Source of the DNA: Nageia nagi
Lineage: Eukaryota > Plantae > Pinophyta
DNA length: 64,000 nt
Direction: 5' to 3'
NCBI GenBank assembly: GCA_050084985.1
Contig: JBITNC010000001.1
Location: forward strand, 41,106,001-41,170,000
Below, one piece after another: positions 24,765 to 38,439 of the stretch. The position numbers and the translations under genes are program-made. Every line of letters begins with the position of its first letter. Position 1 is the first letter of the stretch. The notes under the pieces are model-generated. The model saw only the letters and a list, made by a program, of their open reading frames with translations, was not told the origin of the DNA and did not search any database.

Positions 24765-27700
24765 GTAAGCTCTGATCTGCTCATTGTTATTCTCCGTAGG
24801 TTAAATCTTATTGATTTAAGGAGAATTAGGGTTAGCGTGGCTATACAGGTAAATTAGGTCGTCACAGATCGATCTATATGAATTCCATGGTATTGAAACG
24901 CATATCAAAATTTCAATCAATTTTTTGAAATTGTGAGAGGTCTCGAAATTGGCACGAGGAGCATTGAACCCGTAAGCACCATTGCCGTAATGATGGCTGT
25001 TTTGCGAATATAGATTACAATTTTCAAATCCCTGTATATTTTTATAGAATTATATGTTTTTCATAACCTAGCGGCTTCCTTGATTCGAATTTTTATTGAG
25101 GATTATAAATCTTTTAATAGTCTTTTTTAAAGCATTATAAATTTTTTAACAGTCTTTTTTAAAACATTAGAAATGTTAGAATGATGTTTATTTTGATTTT
25201 CATTGTCAGTTAACGTTCTACATATTTTTATTTGCTTTTTCATTTATAATATATACCTACCTTAATACATGAAATAAATAGCATTTAGAATTAATGTTAT
25301 CAACTATGGAAATAGTAAAATGAAAGTTGTCATGACAATGAAACAGGAATCGAAGATCCTTTGTACATATCACTCATTCTACTATTGATATAGTTAGATA
25401 AATCAATATTTCCCTTGTCCATCTTACAAACAACTACCGCTAATTCTGATTTCAGTACAAGCTCATAGATTTAATTATGGCCCATGATATTTCTGTCTTA
25501 GGATGTCGAATTTGCTTTGTATGTTTGATTCCTATAGCTGGCGTTGCAGCTTATTAGCTTAAAGTCACTTCCCACTTGTTAAGATGCGGAGAATTTAATT
25601 TCCTTGTTTGTGCATTTTGTTGAAAATTTTTTTTTTGTTCCAAAAAGAAGTATGCGATAGTGAAATTAACTAAAGTCTGTCCTTCTGTTCCATTTTTAGA
25701 AATAAGAGATGAGATACTTAAAAAATAAATGCTATCATTAATAACAATAATAAAGTCAATTTTTAATGTTCTTTAACCCTATTGGTAATAGGATCTATCA
25801 AGAATTTTTAAATATCACTAAATATCACCAATGTAGGGGGTGGGAGTGGTTTTGGGACTTTCCACATGGGTGTCTTCACAACTCACTTCTCCCAAATTCC
25901 CCTAAAAATTTGTTCCATGTCTTCTACCTGGTAACCCATTGTGGAGGCATGAAACTAGTATTTGACTCGGCAAGTTTATTTTTTGAGCTTCAACTTGTAT
26001 TGGACTCGACAGGTTCATTTTTTGATACTTCAACTTGTATTGGACTGGGCTGGTTTATTTTTTGATAAAAAAAAATTGTATAGTGTAGTAAATTTGACAA
26101 AAATAATTGTATAGTGTAGTAAATTTGACAAAAATAACTGCTATTTTTATGCTGCCCTCAATGGATTCATATCAGTGACATACAATATCAACCAAATCGA
26201 CATTAAACAAAAGTGCACAAAACATGTATTTTCAAAATATATTATATTACATTTTGTTTTGTTTTTCTCTTTTTTTTTGGCCTTTTGAACTGATACAATT
26301 TTATGGAGTCCTTGTCAAACTTGCTGAACTCATAAAAACTGGCAAAGTCTTGGAAAGATTCAAGAGCCTATTCATGTGGATTTATTAGTATTGGTTTGGA
26401 ATGCAAATAGCTTCACAAGTCTTAGCACTAAGCTTAGTACTGTATTGCAATTAGATAATTTTAGATGAAGAAAAAGGAAGTTGTTTTTGAAGAAATCAGT
26501 GAGGGCATTGAGTTGTGATACATACGTCAACTTAATTCTGAATTCTGGAAGTATTAAAAAAACATAAGGAAGTCTGTTATTTTATTAAGTTAAATGTTTT
26601 TCTTTTCTTCCTTTCCTGTGATGGACAAATAGTTTAAAATTTGGAGAAGTTAATAGGCTTTTGTTGGATATTGTATTCTGTAATGCGGCAGTGTTGGATG
26701 TTGACAAGGTTGCAGATGTGTGGTTACTGGCTACGATACACAAGGTACGGATAGGAGCACTTGATACTGACAGAACATTGTACATGGATAGGTTTAGTGT
26801 TATTTGTTTCTATGCTTATTCAACAAAAGGAAATTATAAATTGAACTAATCAAACAATTAAATGTATTGAAGAACAAGAACAGTTAATTTTGCATAATGT
26901 AGCAATGATGTCCTGAAAAGTTTAAAGTTGTCCTTGTTACTGAATCAGCTATGAACAGAGCCGTTTAGTGACACTTTCAAACAAAGGCCTATGGTCTTTA
27001 CGCAACACAAGTTGTATCTTTAGCATCTGATCTTGTAGAAGAACAATAATACTTCAATGTCACTGCAAAATCAATGTTTCCACTTTATAGTGGATGATGT
27101 TACAAGTTGAATACAATCTTTATAGATATTGTTTGCAAAGCGAAACATTACAACTACATTCTTTATAGATATAGCTTGTCACATAGATTGATATAATTGG
27201 GTTTTCCTTCAAACCTAGATGATACATTGCACAATGGTTGTACATTAAAAGTCAAAAGTAGCAGTAAATACTAACAAGTATAAGTCTATGCATTGAGCAA
27301 TATAAAATATTATCAAACATGATTTCTTTTAATTTAATCATAATCACAGATTGATTTTAATTTCCAAATTCTGTAAATATTTTAGAAGGAACGGGACTAG
27401 TTACAAACTTACAATCTATTTGAGGGCCAAGTATAGCAGCGTGACTTGACTAGCAGACATCTTAAAAAATTCAGTTCTGGGCTTTACTAAATAGGGCTGT
27501 CAGAAAACAATGACATGTGCATTGGATATTCTTCTTGGATACTGGAAATGATAATGACTGTTAACCTGTATTGTGTTTGCTGTTTTTTATTCTTGAATTC
27601 TATAATATACTGCCTGATCTAAGATGAATAGATACTCTGATGTTTACAGCCTTGACAAACTTCCTTTAATTTATTTTATATTCTTGTTTTAGTGGTACTT

Positions 27701-28638
27701 TATTGACTACACTGGCGGGAAAACACATTGCTTAGATTCCACACTGTACACGGAAATTATGAGTTCCAATAATAGTTTATTATTGTTGACTCCACTATGT
27801 ATAAGTACCCATAAATATACGAATACAGGCAGTGCATCGTGAAATCTTTCATGGTATCAGAGCAGCATAATTCAGTTGTTAAGCCCTGATTTCATGCTTC
27901 TGAGTTTCAAAGGATTTCACACTTAGCGATTTCATGCTAGTGAGTGTTGAAGGCTTAGTACAGCCTTGCATCTGGTGTTGCACAAGTGAAATACTGTATG
28001 TGCACAGGAAAATGAGGACTTTTGAGCTTGGCATCGTTTTTAAATCGGGTAGCTTTTGAATTCAGAGAAACTTTTACTGGATTCCATTTATAAATATTCT
28101 TCAATGGCAGAAACACGTTTCTAGGGTTGGTTTCTTTAATGAGGACTTTACAACTGGTAAAGAATTCACACAAGTGGCTTCCCTGCACGGCATCAAAGGT
28201 TGATTTATGCTCAGTAGAAGCTTTTTCTTTAGAATTGGATCAGGAATCTTACTTCTCAGACTACCACGATGCAGCATTAATGACTTTGAACTCCTTAGTT
28301 CAATTGGAGAACTCAATCTCGATTTCTCTTTGGTGAAACGATGAATATGGTCTATTGGAAGTTAGAGAGTGCGCAGATCCAGATTAGTGAAGAAGAAGCA
28401 TATGAGATCAATTTATTCAGTTGGGAACTATGGTTTCCACATTGCTGATTCTTACTGCAAAAATAATATTACAATAGAGAATTCTTCTGGCATTCACAAC
28501 AATGATAATCTCCCTCCAAGAAGTGGCCCTCACCCGTATTTGCTGGTAAACTTCACAAGCTTCTCACATGTCTTCATAGAAATCAGGGTAGATATTTTAT
28601 TCCACATTGAAAGAGATAATGTTCTTAAGTAGGCTATG

Positions 28639-31600
28639 TGTTAGAAACTGATTTGCCAAACTTTGGATCAACTCTGCTGTTCTTTCCCTGCAATGTTTTG
28701 TTTTTGTTGTAACAGTCATAAATTGTGTGCGTATAGCACATAATACTTCGTGCGTATATCATGTCAAAGCCTGTGGGTATATAGATAAAGTTTGGGCGTA
28801 TATAAATAAACACTGTGCATATATAATTGAAGTGTTTTTATGTCTGTAGGCGTTTGTAACTGCAGGCGACTGTTACTCTTCTTGTTTTGAGGTAGATAGG
28901 GTCGTTTTGATCTATCTTCCGGATTGTACAATGTATTGAAGAACATTATTGTATTGAGCTCCAGATTTGAATACAGAATCTATATTCTCCATTGCTCCAA
29001 TTCTTCTTGTGCTTGTTCTATTTCAGATTAAATTGTTGTTTATAAGGTTTGGCTGTAAAACTTCATTTGGTATCAGAATTGGTTTGGTTGAAGAAGGGTT
29101 TGAAGCAAGCCTGTGATGTTTCTCTCTTGCAATTTATTAAATTCCTGATTGAAGCCTGATTTCTTGTTGGATTGTGCTATAATGGCCAACAACACAAATT
29201 CCTCTCTACCAATTCTTGAGTTTGATTGGTCAAGTTATGAATATTTAAAGATGAAGACTTTGCTAGTAGGCAAAGATTTGTGGGACATAGTTGATGAAGG
29301 CTACATAGATTTTGCTGATTGGAGTGCTCTAACAACAAATGTGAAGAAGAATACCAAGGAGGCTGAAAAGAAAAATAGACTTGCATTGTATCATCTACAA
29401 TCAGCTCTTAAAGAGAGCATTTTCCCAAGAATTGTAGGCTGTACAACAACTAAACAAGCTTGGAAAGCATTAAAGGAAGGGTATGAATGAAGTATCCAAG
29501 TGAAGGATGTGAAATTACAAACTTTGAGAAGGGAGTTTGAGAACTTGGAGATGTCAAGATAATGAAGGGGCTGGTGATTATTGTGTTAGAGTGAAAGCCA
29601 TTGTGAACAAGATGACCACTCTTGGAGAAGAGATTGAAAAGGCAGTTGTGATAAAAAAAGGTGTTAAGAACACTCACTTCCAAGTGGAAACATGTAGCAA
29701 TAATTATAGAAGAAAGCAAGGACCTGTCCACACTTGAATATGATTAACTGATTGGCTCTTTCATGTCACATGTGGAGAGGTTCAAAGAACTCCAAGTTCG
29801 AGGTGTTGAAGAGAAGGCATTCTCTACAAAGAAAATGAAGCAAGTGGTAGTGGACAAGGTAGAGGCCAACACTCTTCTAGAGGAAGAGGTAGAGGTTCAT
29901 TTGGGAGAGGTAGAGGCAGAGAACAAAGCCAAGATAATGAATATTCTTTAGTCCCTAAAGGTGGAGCAACTGGTAGAGGTAGAGGTAGATTTGATAGGAG
30001 AGATAAATCAAATTTGCAATGTTACCATTGTAACAAATACGACCATTTTGAAAGAGATTGCAGGCTAAAGCAATTATCAAATGATGGGAGGATAGACCAT
30101 TATGGTGAAGAAGAGTTCTATGGAGAAGACAATTTGTTTTTGTCTTATAACAAGGCTGAGAAAAATGATGATAAGACTTGGATCTTGGATAGTGGTTGCA
30201 TTAATCACATGGCCGACTAGAAGGGAGTGTTGTCATCTCTTGATCATCCTATAAATCAAGTATTAAGCTTGGGGATGAGAAATCCTTGGAGGTGATAGCA
30301 AAAGGAGATATGGAAGTGCAAACAAAAGAAGGTAAGAAGAAGGTAAAAGACATTTACTATGCACTTGATTTGAAGCATAGTTTGGTGAGTATTAGACAAA
30401 TGTTGTAGAAAAATTATAAGTTGATTTATGAAGATAAAATGTGCAAGATCTATGACAAGAATAATGACAATAGGCTGGTTACTACTGTTCATATGATAGC
30501 CAATAGATCGTTTCCTTTGAAGTTTGGAGGGTAAGGGAACAACTTTTTGAATGTGGCTGTTGAAAGCAAGAATTGGCTATGGCATCTCAAATTTGGGCAT
30601 TTAAACTTTTCAAGTTTAAAATTGCTCTCACCAAAAGTGTATGGTTTACCAAAAGTTGAAGATCCAAAGGGTGTTTGTGAAGGGTGTGCTTTAGGAAAGC
30701 ATGCTAGACATCATTTTCCAAAAGGTGAAGCATGGAGGACCCAATACCCTCTCCAATTGATTCATTTTGATTTGTGGTCCAATGCAAACTATGAGTTTGG
30801 GTAATAATTCCTACTTTCTCACTTTCATTGATGATTTTCAAGGATGTGTTGGGTGCCTTTCATAAAACACAAAGATGAGGCATTTAGGTGCTTTAAGGAG
30901 TTCAAAAATGATTTTGAGAATCAAAGTGGGAGTAGCATAAAATGCTTGAGGATTGATAGAGGTGTGAGTTTTGTTCAAATGAATTTCTTCAATTTTGTAG
31001 AGATTTTGGCGTCAAAAGACAAATGATAGCTGCCTACACTCCACAACTAAATGGGGTGGCTGAGAGAAAGAATAGGACAATGGTAGAAATGGCTAGAAGC
31101 ATGCTACAAACTGCGAAGTTGAGTAACTATTATTGGGTTGATGCAATTTGGACAGCAATATATATTTTGAATAGAAGTCCCTCCAGAAGTTTGGAAAACA
31201 TAACTTCATATGGGGCATGGTTTGAGAAGAATCCTAATTTCAATCACTTCAAAGGCTTTGGGTGTTTGGCATATGCACATGTGGCTGATGAGAAAAGGAG
31301 AAAACTTGATGCCAAGAGTGAGGCATGTATCTTCATTGGTATTGTGAAAATACCAAAGCTGATAGGCTTTACAACCCCAAGAATCACAATGTTGTCATAT
31401 CAAGGGATGTGATTTTTGATGAAGGGGGAGTTTTGGATCACCAAAAATTGTTTATAGATAATGGCAGCCATGAGAAGAGTACTACAAATGTACAGTCAAG
31501 TGTTCAGCCGAGTCATGGACACTCAAGAAGTGTGCAACCCAGCCTTGTTGCACCACATCAAATAATTGTTTCAAGTCCACCCACAAGTCCCTTCAGTAGT

Positions 31601-33979
31601 CCAAGATCAAGTACTACAAGTACATCTTCAAGTGAAGACAAATATCCAAATGTTTTTTCCAATATGAAGAAGACAAAGAAAGGTAAGAAAGCACTCAAAG
31701 ATTATTCTCCTCAGGTTTTGGACACTAATTTTCAGAGAAGACTTACAAGAAGCGAAGCCCAAGAGATTGACCAAGTTGTTCATAGACTTGAGAACTTGCA
31801 CATTTATGGAGATGAGGATGATGGAGAACCTAAAGTTGATGTAGTGAACTATGCCTTGGTATCTACTAATCATGTTTCTGATTTTGAACCTACTTGTTTT
31901 GAATAAGCTTGTACTAACAAAGTTTGGATGCAAGCAATGGAAGAAGAAATGAATTCAATTGTTAAAAATGATACTTGGGAGCTTTGTGTCCTGCCCAAAA
32001 ATAAGTGGCATGTTGGTTCAAAATGGGTCTAGAAGACAAAATACAACAGTGATGGCAGCATTGAAAGGGACAAGGCAAGATTGATGGCAAAGGAATTCAC
32101 TCAAAATTTTGGCATTGATTATAAGGAGACATTTAGTCTTGTTGCAAGGCAAGAAACACTTAGGATGATGTTATCATTGGCAGCCCAAAAGAAATGGAGT
32201 GTTCTTCACATGGATGTGAAAAGTGCATTCCTAAATGGCTACTTGGATGAAGAGATGTATGTTGAACAACCTTAAGGTTTTGAGGTGAAAGAAAAAGAGC
32301 ATCAAGTCTATAGATTGAAGAAGGCATTGTATGGGCTGAAACAAGCCCTTAGAGCATGGTACACAAGGATTGATGACTACTTTCATAATTGTGGGTTCCA
32401 AAGGAGCAAAAGTGAGCCATCACTCTACTACAAGAAACAAGGTGAAGACATTTTGCTTGTTTGTTTGTATGTAGATGATTTGATATACATAGGGAGCAAT
32501 ACAAAGTTGAATGATGAGTTCAAGGCTGCAACGATGAAGGAATTTGAGATGAAAAACTTGGGTTTGATGCATTACTTCCTAGGCATGGAGGTACACCAAA
32601 ACAATGATGAGATTTTTGTTTGCCAAACAAAATATGCAAAAGACGTGTTGAAGAAGTTTGGGATTGCTGATTACAAACCTGTCCCAACACCTATTGCTCA
32701 TGGAGAGCTGGTGTGCAAGGATAATGGAGCTGAGAAGACAAATGTCACTGAGTATAGAAGTATTGTGGGCAGCCTAATGCTTCTCCCAAACACTGGGCCT
32801 GACATTGCACATGTTGTTTCATTAGTGTCAAGGCATATGAGTGAGCCTTTTGTTTTGTATTTGAGGGAAGCAAAGAGGATCTTGAGGTATGTGAAAGGCA
32901 CCATTGATTTTGGGATCCATTATTATCAAACTGAGAAAATGGAATTGTTTGGTTTTAGTGATAGTGATTAGGGGAGCAATCTTGATGATAGGAAGTCCAC
33001 AAGTGGAAGTTGTTTCTCACTAGGTTTAGGATTGATCACTTGGAGCTCAAGGAAGCAAGGATCAGTGGCATTATAATCAACTAAGGTTGAGTATATTGCA
33101 TTGAGATCAGCAAGAGCACAAGCATTGTGGCCTATAAAGGTACTTGAGGAGATAGGTGAGAAGCAAAGTGGACCAACTTTACTCTTTTGTGACAACATTA
33201 GTGCCATTCACTTAGCACAAAACCCAATCCACCATAACAGATCCAAACACTTCGATTTGAAGTACCATTTCATTTGAGATATGGTGGAGAAGAAGCAAAT
33301 TGGGTGAAGGTATTGTACCACCAAAGATCAATTAGTGGATTTGTCACAAAAGTTGTTGCAAAGGCTCAATTTTTGAAGATGAGAGAGTCATTGGTGAGTC
33401 CTCTCAGCATTATGGATGAGAATGTTGGAAATTGATTTGCCAAACTTTGGATCAACTCTGCTATTCTTTCCTTGCAATTTTCTGTTTTTGTTATAACAGT
33501 CATAAATTGTGTGTGTAAAGGGCTTTATTCCTCGTGCATATATCATTTGATAAATTGTGTGCATATAACACTTAATAAATTGTATGCGTATAGCACATAA
33601 TACTTTGTGCATATATCATGTAAAAACCTGTGCATATATAGAAAAAGTTTGTGCATATATAAATAAACAATGTGTATATATAACTGAAGTGTTTTTTAAG
33701 TTTGTAGGCATTTGTCAGTGTGAGCAACTGTTACTCTTCTTGTTTTGAGATAGATAGGGTCATTTTGATTTATCTTCAAGATTGTTTATTTCATCTTCCG
33801 AATTCTACAATGTATTTGAAGAACATTGCATTGTATTGTGCGGTTGGTTGATTCCAGCATTATTGTATTGAGCTCCAGATTTGAATACAGATTGTATATT
33901 CTCCAATGCTCCAATTCTTCTTGTGATTGTTCTGTTTTAGATTAAATTGTTGTTTATAAGTTTTGGCTGTAAAACTTCA
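28639..33979 (+). mobile_element. Full-length degenerate Ty1/copia retrotransposon in VTI1 intron 1
   Basis: LTRs at 28639-29065 and 33423-33979. Perfect TSD CTATG (28634-28638 / 33980-33984). PBS at 29068-29077. Confidence 0.95.
29182..33415 (+). pseudogene. copia gag-pol with many stops and frameshifts
   Basis: gag (DLWDIVDEGY), [68 protein letters not shown] and GFSDSD. Confidence 0.93.
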
Positions 33980-36101
33980 CTATGGTGCTAGGTTTTTGTG
34001 AATAAAATAGAAATACTATGCGATATTTCAACAATAGGACATAGTAAAGTGGTATATATTTTTACCATTTTATTTTTTACAGCTTTTTAAGAGGTATCTT
34101 AAAAAGCCTGGTATCTTTTTGAGTCATTATTTAATTAAAGTGCTTCCAAGTTAAATTAAACAATGGACAAAGTGATCAGCAAAGTTTAGGAATTTATATT
34201 TTTGTCAAAAAAAAAGTTCACGGTAGTAAAATTGTTTCTTTAAGTTGTGGCCTTAGTGTAAAATTAAGCATGCATTATCATTGGTATTTGATGCCCTTAT
34301 TACTTGTTTTGATCAAGGGGGGGGGGGGTGGCGAGGCAAATCTTTATCCTTTGAGTGAGCATGGAAAAGACAAGTGCAATTGCCATTAGAAGTTTGAAAT
34401 CAAAGATTTCCACACTTGGCAAGTCAAGCCGTAGTTGATCCTTATTGATCTATGGGATGTTGTGAGTAGGACTATACTAAAGCCATTCGATGTTGATGGA
34501 TTCACAAAATGGACTACAAAGGAATGAAGAGCGACAATTTTGATTGCTCTTGGACTTTCAGATGCATACTTACACCACATTGACTTTTTAAGGACCTCGA
34601 AGCAAGTTTGAGATGCTCTCAATGCTTTGTTTGGATCATGAGTGTCAAGTGTTAAAATGGCCTGAAACAATAATTATTTGGGCTAAAGATGATCAAAGGT
34701 GTCAATGTTATTCAAAACATTAGTAAGTTCCGGTCCTTGATAAATCAATTAGTTGGGATAAAAGCTAAGGTAGATGATGATGATGTAAGAGCTATTCTAT
34801 TAAACAACATGCCATCTAGTTATGATAATACTGTGTTCACATTGAACAAGTTAAATGTCACTTTAGAAGATTAATTTCATCTTTAATCAATGAAGAATAT
34901 CCAGTTCAGTAAAAAGATTCAATAGATGAAGAAAAGGTGATGTTTGTAAAAAATAAGCAAAATAGTTTTGCATCCACTAGTTAGATATCCAAGGGCTGAT
35001 TTGTCTGCTTCTATTGCAAGGAACAAGGCCATAGAGTGGTCAACTTCATCCAAAGACCAATGGACCTAATAGATGGTAAATTGAAAGTCAACAAGGAATT
35101 GGTTGCAAGTGAAGATGATAATGAGGAATGGAAAGTAGATAGTGAAGACCCACCCCATGAGGATAGTGAGGAGGAATATGTTTTTGAAGATTGATTCAAA
35201 AATTATTTCTTGTGAGTAGTTGTGTGAGTTCCTATTCGCAAGGATTTTTCAGTGTGGTTATACAACATTTGTTGTGAATGGTTGTGTTTGTTCCCATTTA
35301 CAAGTTGATAGATGTGATTATTTGTGTTTGTTCCCAATCATATTTATTCAAGATGATTGGTTATTTATGGCCTCAATCATAATTGTTGTGAAATGGTAGG
35401 GTGTCCCTGTTTACAACTTTGATGTTGGATAGTGTGTGTGTGTCTCTTCACAATTTTGATGTTTGGATAGTGTTTTTCTCTATCCAATTACATTAGAAAA
35501 TTGTGGCCGGTTGAGTGTGTCCCTCTCCATAGTTAAATGTCCTATAAGGTCAGTCCTATTGAACTATTGCTTATCATGAATAGATGTGTATGCCCTTATT
35601 CATATCTTGTGTGTTGATGAACTATTGAATATGTTGATCAAGTAGTTATTAGTGCACCTATCCCCATTTGGAACACGATGGAATAAGGGGGGTTGCTACA
35701 AAATTATTCCACCCTGCTATACACAACTTGTTAGTTCCAATAATAGTTTTTTACTGTTGAGCTGTAACAAAGTCTGGTATGGAATAACAGACTCTACTAT
35801 GTATATATACCCATACAAGCAGTGCATTGTGAAATCTCTCAGTTTGTTCTGGTCTTCAAGACTATAGAATGCCATCCAGTTTTCATGATAGTGTTTTTGT
35901 ACATTTCCTTATAAGTCTTCTTTTTGTATTGTTTACAGAATATATTAAGAGGAAATCACTTTTTTTGAATGCATTGTGTTGGTTTTTGGGACTTTAGAAG
36001 GCCATTTAGTTTACAGCAATTCTGTTAGCTGAAAGAAGTTCATTGAAAAGAGGAATCTGTTTTTCAGCTGATTATGTACAAGGTTGTATTTGTCCTTACA
36101 G

Positions 36102-36160
36102 AGCAGAAGAAACAGAAGCTTTCAGAAATCAAATCAGGATTGGATGAAGCTGAATCTTTG
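36102..36160 (+). CDS. VTI1: VTI1 exon 2
   Basis: Acceptor ttacag|AG. Completes E and encodes QKKQKLSEIKSGLDEAESL. Donor gtacat. Phase matches exon 1. Confidence 0.95.
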
Positions 36161-36304
36161 GTACATATTTGATTTTAGATTATTCTTTCTCTGTTCCTAA
36201 CAGATACTTTTAACTTTTTATCCTTTCCTTGTTACTGGTAAGATGTATCATGTTGTGGTTATTTTATTTTTTGCCTGATTATGTTGTACTTTCATTTTTG
36301 GAAG

Positions 36305-36487
36305 ATTCGCAAAATGGATCTTGAGGCAAGAAGCTTGCAACCAAGTATAAAAGCGAATCTTCTTGCAAAGTTGAGGGAATACAAATCTGATTTGAACAAC
36401 TTGAAAAGAGATGTTAAAAAGGCTTCCTTGGTTGACTCCAGCACAAGAGATGAGCTGCTTGAGTCTGGAATGAATGATGCATCAATG
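36305..36487 (+). CDS. VTI1: VTI1 exon 3
   Basis: IRKMDLEARSLQPSIKANLLAKLREYKSDLNNLKRDVKK...RDELLESGMNDASM, with ag/gt boundaries, 183 nt. Confidence 0.96.
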
Positions 36488-36982
36488 GTTAGTGTTAGCT
36501 CATGAAATCGTTGCCCTTTTCTTTCTTAAGAGAATAATAGGATAAAATAACATTTTTTAGATCAGAAGTGTCTTTGTTTATTAACTTTCGTGGCCTGTCT
36601 CTTTTGAGTTGCAGGTCATGCCCATTTCCAACATCTTCTAGTATAATGTTTGTTTGTTTTTTCTTACTTGAAAAGGGTTAATCTGTGTCATTTTCATTCG
36701 CAAGATTCTGAGAACTGTCAAAATCATATCAGATGAGTTGTATGCTGCTCAAAGTCACTCATCTATTAAGTCAAAATAAATACTGGATTCATTTTTGAAA
36801 ATCTAGACTACTATAGATTCCCTCTGAACATCTTTTAGTGCTTTTTTATGTATTAGGGCTGTCATATATAACATTCTTGTTTTCTTTTCATAGAACTAAG
36901 GTTTATGTTCTTCTGCATTTGGATAAGCATTTAATTGCAATTTGTGATCATTATATTGGTTTCTTTATATTTTATGATTCAG

Positions 36983-37153
36983 GCATCGACAGATCAAAGA
37001 GAAAGATTGTTGATGTCAACAGAAAGGCTTCACCATTCTACTGATCGAATCAAGGAAAGTAGAAGAACCATTTTGGAAACAGAAGAACTGGGCGTATCCA
37101 TCCTTCAGGATCTGCATCAACAGCGTCAAACACTCTTACATGCACATGATACG
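36983..37153 (+). CDS. VTI1: VTI1 exon 4 (start of SNARE motif); final TM exon not in window
   Basis: ASTDQRERLLMSTERLHHSTDRIKESRRTILETEELGVSILQDLHQQRQTLLHAHDT. Acceptor ttcag and donor gtagaa, 171 nt. Confidence 0.96.
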
Positions 37154-37702
37154 GTAGAAGTGCCTCTTTTGATCGTATGCTATTGTTTGTATTCCGTCAC
37201 ATACAATTTTGAATTTTGATTTGTTCCAATATAAATTACATGTATTTTCTTTGTTCATATAATTCATTAAACAAAAGAGTGGTATAATGTTGTCCTTATC
37301 ACTGTTGGACATACTTGTGGCAAGAAAAAGTTGCACAGATCTGTCTTTGACACCGCAAATGCTAGTAGAAGAAGGAAAAAGATTCTTGAATTGTAGCTTT
37401 ACAATTTATTCAAGCTTATTCAAACACTACAAGCCTGTGATGTTTTAGTCCAGAATTTTTGCTATAGTGTAAAAATTCCTGTGCCTCGATGGAAGGTTAT
37501 AAATATAAAGCCAGCCAACTTCTGCAACATCTGGTCTCCAATGATAATTGCCAACATGGTCATCAGTCATCCCTTACCAGATGCTGGCTCTAGTGTGACT
37601 CCATTTGATAATCATCTAATTATGAGCATAGTTGACTAAACTTAGTCCCATGGCACCGCTTAACATATAAGATAAAAATACATGGCTGAATCCCATGGCA
37701 TC

Positions 37703-38439
37703 TGTAATGCCCCAAATATAAATATTTCAAATTTATGTTTTGTTGTTGTTTGTGGGCCTCTAAGGGGTTAGTCAGTGTGTTTTGACAAGTTTTATTATTA
37801 GTATAAGTGTTTAGGGGGTTAGTTATGTATTTAGAATAGTCTTGGGCCAAGAAAAAAATGTATTAATTAATGTTTTTGACTTGGTACACGTTTTTAGCTA
37901 GGTGGTTGGAATGATATTTGATATTTTCTATCTTGGAGATTACTGCTGTGGCTTGGCAATAATCTATTCCTAGAGGCTTAGGCTTTCAACCATAAGCTTA
38001 TTTCCTAAAGGCAGATCCACATAGGGTTTGCATTTGTGCTCAATTGCTGAAGAAGATTCACTGTTGGTGTTCAGATATGAGAGTCCACACCTTCAAGGTG
38101 GGATGTCCAGCCCTAGAGGGGCATTTGGTGTGATTTGTAGCTGTGTTTCAGACTTGTGGTTGCTACTTCCAGCCAGGGCATCACTAGTATAATTCGTGTT
38201 GTGCAGATACGCTACTTGGCCATTTCTAGCCAAGATCTACAGCCCTTTGGGCCAGATCTGCTGTTTTTGTGGTGAAATAAATCTAATCCATCCTCTTGAA
38301 TAGATCTGGACTGTATTACTGTTCTGTGTTTGTCTGCATTAATAAAATTAGTTCTGCTGCAATTTTACTGTGTAAAAATCAGATTTATGTTTGCTGGATT
38401 TTTGTGCAATTTTCTATATATTTTGGTTGGCATATTTCA
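37703..38439. mobile_element. Solo LTR (737 bp), gypsy-like
   Basis: Starts TGTAATGCCCC and ends TTTCA. Flanked by direct repeat GCATC (37698-37702 / 38440-38444). No PBS or internal domain. Confidence 0.75.

Larger units (their letters stand above)
27729..35841 (+). mobile_element. Old non-autonomous short-LTR copia-type element encoding only gag (TR-GAG-like), interrupted by a younger copia
   Basis: Diverged LTRs of about 125-150 bp (about 27729-27851 and 35694-35841) share agttccaataatagttt and gcagtgcat.gtgaaatct.tca. PBS tggtatcagagc at 27852-27863 and PPT aagggggg before 35694. gag remnant at 34361-35030 (KFRSLINQLVGIKAKVDDDDVRAILLNNMPSSYD). No pol seen, no clear TSD, left end approximate. 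Confidence 0.75.

Noticed and set aside
24474-24857. ORF-track ORFs 24474-24674 and 24675-24857
   Set aside because: They are out of frame with the true VTI1 exon 1 (ATG 24671) and have no recognisable homology. A uORF role cannot be judged without the TSS.
25960-26360. Short duplications and gactcgg-type motifs in intron 1, possible hAT MITE relic
   Set aside because: Termini and TSD cannot be defined, and it is too degraded to call.
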